DNA of 64,000 nt, taken from NCBI RefSeq assembly GCF_009914755.1, contig NC_060947.1; one strand, given 5' to 3'. The notes below the pieces were generated by a model that was not told the origin of the DNA, did no database searches, and was given only the letters and a program-made list of their open reading frames with translations. Below are positions 27,416 through 40,250 of the stretch, one piece after another. Numbering within the stretch: the first letter of the stretch is position 1; the number at the start of each line of letters is the position of its first letter. The DNA is from the human T2T-CHM13v2.0 reference genome, Homo sapiens. The position numbers and the translations under genes were made by a program.

Positions 27416-28954
27416 GAGTGTGTGTATGTGTGTTCCATTTAAAGATTTTCAAAGATCTAGAAAATTATTTCCTTTGATCCTTCCAATAACTTTATTAAGT
27501 CGGTAAGACAAGTATTTTGTCTCCATTCTCTAGATAAGGAAGTTCAACCAGACATTCAAACTTATGAGAGGTAAGTGTCATATTGAATAAAATTAGCCTC
27601 AGGATCTGGGCAGGTACCGAGACCTCCCAACAACCAAAGCAACATCTTTCCCTTTATACTCACAATCCTACACTTGTACTCCAGGCTTTGTGAAACATTC
27701 TACCAATAAGGAAACTTCTCTTTTCTCTTATAAATGATCTATTTTCAAAAAATATTTGCTCTTCTTTGCTGAGTATAAATTGCTCATGACAGACTAACCA
27801 ACTTTCATTAGTTTGTCTCCTTATTTTAAAAACAGCTCCAGCTCAAGGTAATCTATTCCCCGTAGCACTTTAATCTCACCTGAGCCATATTGTTCTGTGG
27901 ATGAAACACACCAAGGGAAGAGCATCATTCACTCAGCCTTCCCACAAAATAAGTGGCCGCTGGTACAATACAGTAAGGGAAGCCTGCACTGCTATAAGAA
28001 CAACACCTCTTTTTTCAACTATTGATTTAGAGGATTTCTGCTACAAATAAAATGAAAACCTAAGAAAAAGTCCCATCTGGGGCTATTAAAATTGCTACCA
28101 AATGAAAAGCAATGTGACGACTTACTGCCAAACCTGGCCTGACCCTGAGAACAGACACAAATGAACACAGAGGAACTTTCTAGATCTGTTCCAAGCAGAA
28201 GACAGGAACAGTTCCTGGTCTCGGGGAAAAATGAAGGGCAGGTAGCAAGAGCTCAAAAAGAGAGTTCTAAAGAAGGTACCACGAGGCCTTCAAGGAAGTT
28301 CTAAAGGCCACATTGTAGGAAGAGAACTGAGACTGAAAACCATATGGTTCAGTCAGGCATGAAAATGCAGTAACATGGGTAATGGATAAGGCCATTTGTT
28401 CAGTAATTTTTCTTCTTGTAAACAGGTGTTTGGCCTCTTGATGCTCAGAGGAACCACTCAGGTCTGTGCCATTCATGGATTTTCTCCTATAATCAAAAAC
28501 TTTTCCTGTCTCTGACTATATGCCTTACAAATAGGTTCCAGTTGAGAAATTTGGGAGTAAAGGTATCAACCACCCTTGAAATAAGGTATTTATAAAGTGC
28601 AGCTGGGACACACTACATCTCAGTGAACCCTGGGCATAAGTAGCCCAGTGCTGTGGAGAAGGAAGAAGGGAATTATATCCCAGTATCAGCTACCAACTCA
28701 CAATGAGAACTTCCTGTTAGCTTCCTTCCCTTGGTAATTCAAGTACAGACACGCCCCAAAGCAAGTGTTATCTGCTGGGCTCCTGGGTCCTGCTCAAAAC
28801 CCAGAGCAGGGTGGTGAAAAAAGTGGTAAATCTGGGCAGTAAGGTAATAGGATTATGCCTTTCAAACCCACCTGGGCATTTTACTATGTTTCTTACATCA
28901 GATGTATCCCTGCCCTAAGTTTACCAAAAGGAGCCCCTTCAGGCCACTAATAGG

Positions 28955-29135
28955 AGGTAATATGACATAATAAAAAGATCACTGAACATGAGAGTCCAAG
29001 TACATAGATTTAAGTCTTGACTCTACTACTTACCCCATATCCCTCCCAAAGCAACTCACTTCACCCTCTGAGCCTCAGTCCCTCATCTATAAAAAAGGAG
29101 TATTTATTCCTACCTTTTTTATAGTTAAGTATGGT
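28955..29135 (+). mobile_element. MIR
   Basis: Core ctctgagcctcagtccctcatctataaaa. Confidence 0.75.
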
Positions 29136-29939
29136 GTAGATCTGTGGTTTGCAAACTTTTATTTAGCAGAATAATCATTTTTCCTAAATGAAATCCTGGT
29201 TGAAACCCTAATACCAGAAAAGCAGGCAGAAATGGAACTACTCCGTTCAAAGCAACCCTGGAGAGTCTAGGAGCTCACCTGTTGGGCCTCCACTGCCCCT
29301 GCTGGCACTTGTAGGAAGTGATTTGAAGATCACCTGACCAACAGAAAAGAACTCCCCAAAGGGAGGAGTCAAGAAATGAAATATCTCATTTCAGTTTACC
29401 AATAGCTAGCTGAAATCCCATCTTTAATACCATACCTCATCAGGTTAAGGCCTTGATACCTGGTGAAATCCTACCCCACTCTTCTTTCTCAAAAGAGTGA
29501 TATTCAGAATTCTTGTCAGTGATTCATATCTCAATGTGAATAAAGAATATCAAAAGGGACTCTTTGTTTCCTTTTAACAAAAAGAAATCTATTTTTGTTT
29601 TTATTGATCATAAAAGTAAAGCATACTTGTTACATAAAAACATAAACACCACGGAATATAAAATATAAAATAAACCTTTTCCTTAGAAACCCCATTCACA
29701 CCAGCCACCAGATAAATAGTTGATATTTGGTAAAACGCTTTCCAGATTTCTATGAGTACAACATATACATACACATGAACCTGGGGGTAGGGGTGGATAT
29801 ACATGCTTTTTAAAAAACAAGTATATTATCCTACATCCTACATCCTATATCCTATCCTGTCTTTTTAAACAGCTGCTTAGCTTCTGTTTGCACCTTATAT
29901 AAGTTATCTAACCTCTTATTGCTAGGTCTTTAGGTGCTT

Positions 29940-30148
29940 CTACCTTTTTTGCTATTGAAAACACCGCTACAAACACAGATCTCACAATCTCTTGATTGAT
30001 TGTGGGAGTAGAGAACATGAGGGCCCTAGTTGCTCGTGGTGAAAATACCAACACCAAAGTCGCAAAGGATAGAGAGTCTGGGGCACCAGAATTCAGCCTT
30101 GGCCTCCTTCTTCATTTTGTTGGTGGTTCTAAATGATTTCTTTTATCC
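29940..30148 (-). pseudogene. Candidate pseudo-exon 9 (terminal) of the decayed Cys-rich gene
   Basis: ttttgcag acceptor; RDKRNHLEPPTK*RRRPRLNSGAPDSLSFATLVLVFS; 3' end approximate. Confidence 0.3.
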
Positions 30149-30344
30149 CTGCAAAAGCCTGAGGCAGATTTTTTTCCATTTATTACCACACTGCTTAGAA
30201 ATTCAGCAATGGTTTTTCCACTTTACTCAAAAGTTAGTGTTGACTATATAAAGTCCATCTCAGGCTTTCCGGATAACCAAACAAAACCAAATGGCCTGGT
30301 GATAATAATTACTCTTCAAGCCTCAAGCCCATGTGTCAACCCAC

Positions 30345-30452
30345 CTATGAACTAGACCTCTCAATGACGTTGACTTTCTGACCCCTCTGGCCTCCCACTC
30401 ATCAATAGGAAGTGGTGCATGACCGGTCTTGAAATTTCTTCATGGTGAAAGA
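30345..30452 (-). pseudogene. Candidate pseudo-exon 8
   Basis: tgtttcag / gtgggt boundaries; 108 nt; frame ambiguous. Confidence 0.3.
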
Positions 30453-30553
30453 CTGAAACAGCCATAAACCTCACCTTAATTTAGTCACTGATTACACTAA
30501 CCATGCACATTCATTTTAGAGCTTCCTAGCTTATGGGTTTTCACTCCATTTAC

Positions 30554-30640
30554 TTTCCAAAGCCCATCCTGTTGAATATGAAATTTTTTGCCAGCCAAGA
30601 CTTCTCAGTGACTGACGTCAATACCAATTTGGAAGCAAAA
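30554..30640 (-). pseudogene. Candidate pseudo-exon 7
   Basis: tgtttctttag / gtaaat; 87 nt; FCFQIGIDVSH*EVLAGKKFHIQQDGLWK in phase 0. Confidence 0.35.
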
Positions 30641-30927
30641 CTAAAGAAACACAGATCCTGTGCCAGCACTGTGGATTGAGTGAAAAACTACTTTCTATCT
30701 TTCCCAGAGGATCATCTGGTCAGATGCTTCTTGAATTCTTACCAAGAAGTGTTATTATACATTTTTAAATGCATTTCTACAAAATGCTTTTTGTTCTGTG
30801 CACTTCTGTACCTTAGCTTTGCAAAAAGAGTGGTTTCTCTGACCTATCAATAAGCATCAAAGTGCCTAGCATGACCAAGACAGCTACTAGATGTTGAGGT
30901 TGCACAGATGAACAAAATAGAATTCTT

Positions 30928-31343
30928 TTTTTTTTTTTTTTTGTCATTTTATTTTATTTTATTTTATTTTTTTTTTTAATTTTTTTTTTTATTATACTCT
31001 AAGTTTTAGGGTACATGTGCACATTGTGCAGGTTAGTTACATATGTATACATGTGCCATGCTGATGCGCTGCACCCACTAACTCGTCATCTAGCATTAGG
31101 TATATCTCCCAATGCTATCCCTCCCCCCTCCCCCGACCCCACCACAGTCCCTAGAGTGTGATATTCCCCTTCCTGTGTCCAAGTGATCTCATTGTTCAAT
31201 TCCCACCTATGAGTGAGAATATGCGGTGTTTGGTTTTTTGTTCTTGCGATAGTTTACTGAGAATGATGGTTTCCAATTTCATCCATGTCCCTACAAAGGA
31301 CATGAACTCATCATTTTTTATGGCTGCATAGTATTCCATGGTG
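30928..31343 (-). mobile_element. Young 5'-truncated L1 (L1PA2/L1HS intermediate)
   Basis: TSD tagaattctt at 30918 and 31344; ~65-nt tail; 3'UTR nearly identical to L1HS. Confidence 0.92.
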
Positions 31344-31622
31344 TAGAATTCTTATTCTCGGGGAGCTTAGACTTCATTGTAGGTATATAAGTAAGACCTG
31401 CACATACCATTGACACAAAGATGAGGAAGAAGTATATTTCATGCACTTTAAGAGAAAAATGGTGGAGTAAGCAAGAAATTTCTTGTTATAGTCAATGACG
31501 AAGACTTTTATGGAAGAGAAGGTATTTGACATGGCCCTGAAATGATGAGCAGAAATTTAAATTGGAGTGGAGGGTTTCTCAAACTGAGATGCCTTCAGAA
31601 GCCCAGTGGAGAACATAAATCA

Positions 31623-32003
<381 letters not shown>

Positions 32004-32348
32004 TTAAAAGCAGGTAATAAACATTTACAGACCAGACAACACATATGGTGAGCAGACTTTAGATGTAAAAATGCTAATCTACGTCAATGGAAGAAGGGAA
32101 TGGGGAAATTTCAGGAAGAGGCAATGACAAAATCAAAAGTAGAGAGTTTGGAATGAGTAAATTATGCTCAAATAAAAGAAACTAGTTTGATTAGAGCACA
32201 CTGGAAAAGGGGAAAGGTGGGGTGGCAGGTGGGGAAAGAGAAAAGAGAAAGGAAAATGAAAAGACAAAAAGATATTTATTTAATTTCAAATATCACCTAC
32301 ATTGTCCTATTTGATCTCTGCAACTGCCTTTTTAAAGTAGCTATTATC

Positions 32349-34791
32349 CTTTCTCCATTGTTTGTTCTTGCCATCTGTGTCAAAAAACAGTTGGTTGTAA
32401 GTGCTTGAGTGTATTTCTCTGTTCTCTACTCTGTTCCATTGGTCTATGTGTCTATTTTTTATGCCCATGCCATGCTATTTTGATTACTATAGTATTGTAG
32501 CATATTTTGAAGTCAGGTACTGTGATGTCTCCAGCTTTGATTCTTTTTGCTCAGAAATGCTTTGACTATTGTGGGTCTTTTGTGGTTCCATATGAATTTT
32601 AGAATTGTCCTATTTCTGTGAAGAATGTCATTGGTATTTTGATAAGGATTTCACTGAATCTGTAGATCATTGCAGATAGTATGAACATTTTAACAATATT
32701 AATTCTTCCAATCCATGAGCATGGACTATCTTTCCATTTATTTGTGTCTTCTTTAATTTCTTTCTTCAGTGTTTTGTCATTTTCAATGTAGAGATCTTTT
32801 ACCTCCTTGGTTAAATTTATTTCTAAGTATTTTATTTTTTGGCTATTCTAAATGTGATTGTTGATTTCATTTTCAGATAATTCACAAACAGTGTATGGAG
32901 ACACTCCTGACATTTGTATGTTGATTTTGTGTCCTGCAACTTTACTGAATGTATAGGTTCTGACAGTTTTTTAATGGAGTCTGGGGTTTTATATATATAA
33001 GACTATGTGGTCTGCAGACAGGGACAACTTAACTTCCTTCTTCCCAATTTAGATGTCTTTTATTTCTTTCTCTTGTATAGTTGCTCTTCAATAAATGGTG
33101 CTGGAAAAAGTGGATATCCACATGCAAAACAATGAAGCTAGACCCCTATCTCTCACCATATTAAAAAATGCAAAATGGATCAAAGACTTAAATGTATAAC
33201 CCAAAACTATGAATGTACTAAAATAAAAGAGAGTAAACACTTCAGGACACTTATCTGGGCAATGATTTTTTGGTAAGATCCTAAAAGCACAGGCAACAAA
33301 AGCAAAAATCGACAAATGGGATTATATCAAACTAAAAAGCTCTGTACAGCATAGGAGACAGACAACAGAGTAAAAATACAACCTACAAAATGGGAGAAAA
33401 TATTTGAAAACTATGCATTCGACAAAGGATTAATGTCCAAAATATGTAAGAAACTCAAACAACTTAATAGCAAAAAATAATCTCATTAAAAAGTGGGCAA
33501 AAGAGCTGAATAGACATTTCTCAAAAGAGAAGATACAAATGTCCAACAAATATATGAAAAAATACTCAACATCACTAATCATCAGAGAAATGTAAATCAA
33601 TACAATAATGAAATACGAGATATCACCTCACCCCAATTAGAATGGCTATTATCAAAAAGACAAGAAATAACAAATGCTGGCATGTATGTGGAGAAAGGGG
33701 AACTATTGGTGGGAAGGTAAAGTAGTACAACCATTATGGAAAACAGTATGGAGGTTTCTCAAAAAATTAGAAATAAAACTACCATATGATCCAGCAATTC
33801 CACTACTAAGTATATATCCAAAGGAAATGAAATCAGGATGTTCTAGAGATATCTGTACTCCTATGCTTATTGTAGCACTATTCACAATAGACAAGATATG
33901 GAATCAACCTAAATGTCCATCAACAGATGAATGGATACAGAAAATGCTGTATATAGCATGTTCTCACTCATAGGTGGGAATTGAACAGTGAGAACACTTG
34001 GACACAGGGTAGGGAACATCACACACCCCGGGACCTGTCATGGGATGGGGGGAGGGGGGAGGGATAGCATTAGGAGATATACCTAATGTAAATGAGGAGT
34101 TAATGCATGCAGCACATCAACATGGCACATGTATACATATGTAACAAACCTGCACGTTGTGCACATATACCCCAGAACTTAAAGTATAATAAAAAAGATT
34201 AGAAAAAAAATAAAAAATAAATAAAAGGCTTCACTCTACCTGAAGATGAAAAACAGAAAAAAGAAAATGCAGTATATATACACAATGGAATACTATTCAT
34301 CCATAAGAATGAATAAAATCCTATCATTTGTAACAACATAGATAAGCCTGAGAACATTAAGTGAAATAAGACAAGCACATAAACGCAAATACTGCATGTT
34401 CTCACTCACATATGAATTCTAAATTTATCACACAGATGCAGAGTAGATAGTGGTTACCAGAGGCTGGGGTGGGGGTAGAAGGAGGATGATATAGGGAGAG
34501 ATTGCTCAACAGGTACAAAGTTACAATTAGGAGGAATAAATTCTGGTATTCTATTGCACAGTAGGGTGACTATGATTAACAACATCATTTTGTATATTTC
34601 AAAATAAGTAGAAGAGAGGATTTTGAATGTTCTTACCACAAAGAAATAATAAATGTATGGTGGTGAATATGCCAAATACCCTGATTTGATTTTTATATGA
34701 TGTATGTATGTATCAAAACATCACACTGTACCCCAGAGATATGTACAATTATTTTGTGCCAATTAAAAACAATTTTAAAATTTAGACCAAA
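32349..34791 (+). mobile_element. L1MA6/7-like with 5' inversion, inserted in a MIR
   Basis: Inverted ORF2 32349-33085, sense part 33084-34791; TSD aaagtag(c/g)tattatc at 32334 and 34792. Confidence 0.85.
33956..34261 (+). mobile_element. L1PA5/6-like 3' fragment with a short transduced tag
   Basis: 3'UTR plus A-tail; TSD agaaaatgc(t/a)gtatata at 33939 and 34262. Confidence 0.88.
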
Positions 34792-35199
34792 AAAGTAGGT
34801 ATTATCAGTCCATTTTAAAGAAAAATAAAACTCAGATACAAAGAAGCAGCTAAATTTCTCAAAGCCATACAGGTAAGAGTGGGAGAGGTAGGGAACAAAC
34901 CAAACCTTCTCTATTTCTAAAATGTATTTCCATTATATCACACTGAGTGGAATGAGCAAAGGTAAAGGTGAAAATTTAGGATTAGGTTGTGAAGGTCCTT
35001 ACAAAAAGCAATTAGCTCAATGAAACAGGTAGTTGTATAAAATCAGATAAAACATTTAAAATGTTATAGTTTTCACAGGTTCCATATGTTATGAATATGG
35101 AACTTGTAACCATTTCATATGAAAGACATGCTATTCTTACACTGCCTTTCTCTGCCCTTTTCCTACTTGTATCTCATTCCATTTTGCTAACTCTAAATC

Positions 35200-35402
35200 A
35201 AGCAGTGCTGTGTTAATAATCAGATCCTGGCACCAAACTACTTGCATTTGAATTGAATCCTAACTCTGCCACTACTGAGCAAATTATTTAACCTCTCTGT
35301 GCTTTGATTTCCTTGTCTATAAAATGGGGATAATAACAGTCTACGTCAGAGCATTGTTGTGCAATGCTTGGCATAGAGTAAGTGCTCAATACATGTTAGC
35401 TT
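35200..35402 (+). mobile_element. MIR
   Basis: aacctctctgtgct..tataaaatggggataata..agtaagtgctcaata. Confidence 0.8.
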
Positions 35403-35537
35403 TTCATTTTATCTGAACCAAAAAGAAAACCCAGTTACAACTAATAGGAACAAGAGGAGTCTTAATGATAGTCCCAAATTGAGTTTTGAAAAGTAACAAA
35501 TTTGGATATGAAGTTAGACAAAGAGCTGGATTGGCAC

Positions 35538-35860
35538 TGTGGCAAGGACTGTTTATTGCTTCCCAACATTTATTCTCCCTTCTTCTTTAACAAAGAGAAC
35601 CTTGAGTTTTAGTTGAGAATATTCAACACAGAAAATACTGGATTTTCTAGCCTCCCTTTCAGCTAGATGAAGCTATGCTCCTAAATTCAAAAAGGTGAGA
35701 TGCAAGCAAAAATATTACATGGAACTTCTGGGAAAGACTTCTTCAAAGAGGGCACACTCTTTCTTCTTTCTTCCTCCTTTCTGCTGCCTGGAAAGTAGAT
35801 GTGATAGCAGGAACTCTAGCAGCCAACTTGGACTCTGGGGGTGGGTTCTCCAAGATGATT
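35538..35860. mobile_element. MLT1 (MaLR) LTR fragment
   Basis: tgtggca..attctcccttcttc..ctagcctccctttcagctag motifs. Confidence 0.55.
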
Positions 35861-36149
35861 CCAAAGTACACAAAGGTTTAACAATTTTTTATATCTAATG
35901 TGAGTTTTACCTTCCATAAAAATATAAATTTATTAAGACTGTTCAATTCATAATATAAATGATTTTATCAGATCCTTTTTTAGGAAAAAGGTTACAAGAT
36001 ATAAACAGTATCAGGATAACAAATATATCAACCTGTTTTCCTTTCACTTATCATGATATGTAATTATCCATCTTTTCCACTAGAATGTAAGCTTCATATT
36101 ATCTAGTAAAAACTCATAATATTTAATATGGGCCAGTCAATCATATATA

Positions 36150-36325
36150 GTCCTCATAACAATCCTATGAGGGAATCTACCATTATTCCTATTCTACAGA
36201 TGCAGAAACTAGGGCACAGAGAGGTCAAATGACTTGTCTACTATCAAACAGCTGGGAAGAAGCAGTGCCAGGATTCAAACCTAGGCAATGTGATTGCAGA
36301 GTTAGCATTCTAACTGCTACTCTAT
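36150..36325 (-). mobile_element. MIR within an L2 3' remnant
   Basis: ctacagatgcagaaactagggcacagagagg..ggattcaaacctagg. Confidence 0.8.
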
Positions 36326-37490
36326 GTGGCCGCTTTGTGAAAATTGAGATCTAGCATTGTTTACACCTTGTGTCCTCCATGCCTAGTACAATGTTTGAAA
36401 AATAATCAAAGCTCAGTAAACACATTAAGTAAATGAAGATTTGTTCATTACACATTATATGAAGTTATCGAAATACCACATGTTCCCTGAAAATATGTAC
36501 ATCTATTATGTATCAATAACATTTTTAAATAAGCAAAAAAAAAAACAGAATGAATGAGGGAGAAGGACAGAAAAATGGACAGACACTGGATTTTATTTCA
36601 CATAATTCATAATCTTGGCTCCAGGCAACATTCTTCCAGAAATAATAAAGAATATAGAAACTTACAATACTGTGGGGATCTAGATCCTACAGACAAGGCT
36701 CTGAGAGCTTTCTCCCCTGAGGTTGTATTGGCTTTAGCCAAGAACTCTTGTTAGACAAACAAGATGAAGTTTCCCTGATAAGACTAATTTTGAGAAATAG
36801 AGTTTATAAGGGCCATTTCTATCTAGACCTCAGCAGTAAAAGTTATCCTCCCAACCTGATCTCTGAGACAGTTTTCAGGAGGTGGGCATAGACTCTGGTT
36901 GGCCGGGATCACCAATTAAACCAGAAATGTAAAGAACACTGCTAGCCCCTTCCAACTCTCTTGCTCTGCACCAAACAGAATGATTTAATCCAGAATCAAT
37001 GCAGTGACAGCTACAATCAGGGAAGCAATAGCAACTTCAGATCACCAGAGTTGGAAAGGGGAGCAAATAGAGGCCTGTCATTGTCTCAGATCCCAACTTG
37101 AACTTCAGTGAGCCAGGGACATTCAATTCCTGGTTTTAAAAGAAGGAAACAAATGCCCCTAGGAGAAAAGAGAGTTTACTTTGTCAAAGGCGGGAGGAAC
37201 CTTGTTTTACATTCAGGGTTCAAACTATATTAACATTTTCAAATACTCCTGTTGTTTTCCAAGAACACATTCAGAACATTTATATAAGATCCAACTGTGC
37301 ATTTAAGCCTCTTATGTACTCAGGGCTCTCCTAGTGGTCTCTCTGAGGCTGAAAGAGATCTTTCCATAATATTAATGGCTTCTCCTTAATGAAGCACTTT
37401 CCCTGGATTTGCAGATAAGAAAAACTCTTCCTCTACACCCCCATGAATTTTGGCCACTTTGTTCCCTCTTAGTCTAGGAAAAGTTTGTAA

Positions 37491-37790
37491 ATTTATTTAT
37501 TTATTTATTTATTTGGAGCCTCGTCCTGTCATCCAGGCTGGAGTGCAGTGGCATGATCTCTGCTCACTGCAACATCTGCCTCCCAGGTTCAAGCAATTAT
37601 CCTGCCTCAGCTCCCAAGTAGCTGGGATTACAGGCATGTGCCACCAAGCCCAGCTAATTTTTGTATTTTTAGTAGAGATGGAGTTTTGTCATGTTGGCCA
37701 GGCTGGTTTTGAACCCCTGGCCTCAAGTGATCCGCCCACCTCGGCCTCCTAAAGTGCTGGGATTACAGGCATGAGCCATCTTGCCCGGCC
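37491..37790 (-). mobile_element. Alu (old S/J)
   Basis: Antisense Alu with (ttta)n tail; TSD agtttgtaa. Confidence 0.9.
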
Positions 37791-38060
37791 AAGAGTTTGT
37801 AAGATTCTTAAAAGTTACACACTTCAGAAGTTTCATGTATGAAATAGGAACATTAAGCAAAGGTACTGATTACATTAGCCACATGCCATGCCCTTTATGG
37901 TTATATGAATCATAATTCAATATGGCACTTTACTTCCATTATCTTCCCATAAACACATTATTCTCACAATGTGCAGTTCCTATAGCAAAGTGGCTACAGT
38001 ACCGGATATGGTAAACAAGGAAAACTCAGCAGACTTTACTGGGGTTAAAACTGGTCTTAC

Positions 38061-38378
38061 CCTATTTGAAGTCTCAGCAACTGACAACTATGGAATCTTA
38101 AAAGAAGCAAAATGTTCAATAGATGAAAGGCAGCATCCTCTGTCACATATAATAGAAGCTTTAACGAATGTTTCCATATTGATGAAATTTGAACATTCCT
38201 GTTTTCCTAAGAAGAATGGTGTCTATAGTTTCTGCAACAGTTTGGACTTCAAGTATTCCATTCCATTGTCTCCTTAAGTACACTGAAATTGGTCAGACCA
38301 TGTGTACTCACTTGCAATTGGAAAACATGGTCACCACATTCATAGTTTGAACTATGCTAGACAGCTGTTACACAAGCT
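38061..38378 (-). pseudogene. Candidate pseudo-exon 6
   Basis: tctttcttcag / gtaaga; phase 2 to 0 once a 5-bp ATGGA duplication is removed; ..YECGDHVFQLQ..YLKSKLL..IICDRGCC. Confidence 0.5.
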
Positions 38379-39311
38379 CTGAAGAAAGATGAGAGCAGAG
38401 CAAAAACATGCCACAAATTTGTCACTCAGGAGCTGATAAAATGCTGAACTGGGGTTTTTCACATGGCTGCAAATATGCAGACAATACTCAGCACAATAAA
38501 GAATTTAGATATAGCTTCTCTGTGTAAACCAAACCTTAACAAAAAGAGGACATTCACCTTCCTCAGAAGGAAGGGAAGTTTGTGAGTTCTACTTCGAGCT
38601 CTGTGATCTCAAGTATTTCTCCTTCGTCAAGCCCTTAATACTGTTTCAATATGGCCTTGGCATAAGGTTCATCAAGAAGGTACCTCCGTATTCAAAGGGA
38701 TAGACAAATCATTTAGAAATGCACCATGTTGATATGAAGCAGAGCTTAGTTGTTTCTTCATACAAAACATCTGTATAACAAACAAGGATTTTTTTACAGA
38801 CCTAAAACAACTAGTAAAATGAGAGGTTTACATTAGAGTGGCTGTGAACTAAAGGAAAACCAAGCAAGCTCTATCAATAATACAAGAAGTGAGAGGAACA
38901 AGAGGGAAGAATACAGTAAAAACAAGAACGGTCAAGGGAAAAAAAAAAGAGTCATAAACAGAAAGCAAATTCTGTAAACTTAAATAATAAATTGAAATTA
39001 AAATTTTAGAAGATTGCTGATCTATATTAAAGATCCCTATTCTACTTTGAAATTTAAATTATCAAGTGGAGCTAAAAAGAAGAAAAAATCTACAATGGAG
39101 CTTTTAATAAAAGTAAGTGAACAATAATACAATGCCTTTCATGACCACTTGTATACCTTTCTACCGTTCTTAATTTCATTTCCTTTCTTAGTTCACCAAG
39201 GAAAACATCTCTAGCTCACCTGTGGAACCTAACATAGATTCCTCTTCCTGGCACCGTGCCCCACAAATGTGGCTACACTATGATCTCAAACATGTGACAT
39301 TCAATGCTTAC

Positions 39312-39504
39312 CTCAGAATTTTCTGGAAAAATTCATGGGAGAGCCTGAAGGGGTGATATGAGCAACTCCTGTCATGCTTTGAAACACCCTCTCTCCTGCC
39401 AGTTGAACTTGCTTACTGACTGAAGTATCCACACCAGTCTCTGGATTCTGTAGAACTAATGAAGTTATTCCCACAGGTAACCATTTTGAACAAATTGCTT
39501 AAGT
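39312..39504 (-). pseudogene. Candidate pseudo-exon 5
   Basis: tattgttttag / gtaagc; 193 nt, phase 1 to 2, a single stop. Confidence 0.5.
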
Positions 39505-39807
39505 CTAAAACAATACAAATATCCTATACACACATCTCATACTTCACTTAAATGTTCCCGATCAGTGATAGAAAAGTTATCTCAGTAAAACCTAAGACTC
39601 TTCAATGCCTTTGATTTCTGAGTTAGGAAGGGCACTCCACCCAGCAGACCATACAGCAACTGTGGTGATCTTGAAGTTCCAGAGTCCTCCATCTGTAACA
39701 TCATTACAGCTATTTTGTTTGTTAATGAGCACCTACAGATTAATAATACATTTAAGAGGGTTTGAGGCCCTATAACCCTTTGTGGTCCAAAATGCCCTCA
39801 TCAACAC

Positions 39808-39995
39808 AGTGTAGTAGAATGAGCATGTACTGAGAGTCATATGGGCCCAGGTTTAAATCCCAATTTTGTTACTTCTTACCTATAGGATCTGGTCAAGTCA
39901 CTCAAACTGAGACTCAATTTTTCTTCATATAAAATGAAGCTAATGAAGATAATAATGACCATATATCCATAAATGAATATAATGTAGGTAAAGCA
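39808..39995 (+). mobile_element. MIR
   Basis: ccaggtttaaatccc..gtcaagtcactca..ataaaatga. Confidence 0.7.
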
Positions 39996-40130
39996 CATGG
40001 CACCATCCCTAGCACATAGAACAAGCGGCCACTCCAGAAATTCTGGAAAGAGGGTCTCAAGGGTAACAGTCTGGTTGAAAGGGGCTGGTGAGGGAGACTC
40101 AATACATTTAGTTCTCATGAAAGCCCATAC

Positions 40131-40250
40131 CATTGTAAAGATCAGAGATTCAGTGTCTTTCAAGGCTGGAATCCCTTTAGGAACTAATACCAGTACAATC
40201 TTCTTTAATCCTGACAGTTCCACTCTTTTGAACACAAAATCCGGTTTTAT
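40131..40250 (-). pseudogene. Candidate pseudo-exon 4
   Basis: ctag / gtatgg; 120 nt; phase-1 frame KTGFCVQKSGTVRIKEDCTG has two stops, while the phase-0 frame is open. Confidence 0.4.

Noticed and set aside
28267-28476. 69-aa minus-strand ORF MNGTDLSG..
   Set aside because: Length is compatible with chance, splice support is weak and there is no homology
37969-38277. 102-aa + strand ORF
   Set aside because: Non-ATG start and no recognisable homology; probably the antisense shadow of pseudo-exon 6
38283-38311. Apparent GT..AG intron (gtgagt..tttcag) on the minus strand
   Set aside because: At 29 nt it is too short, and the frame reads through it, so I treated it as part of one exon
39876-40235. 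119-aa minus-strand ORF as a standalone gene
   Set aside because: It runs into a MIR; only the 120-nt exon-like part is retained as a candidate
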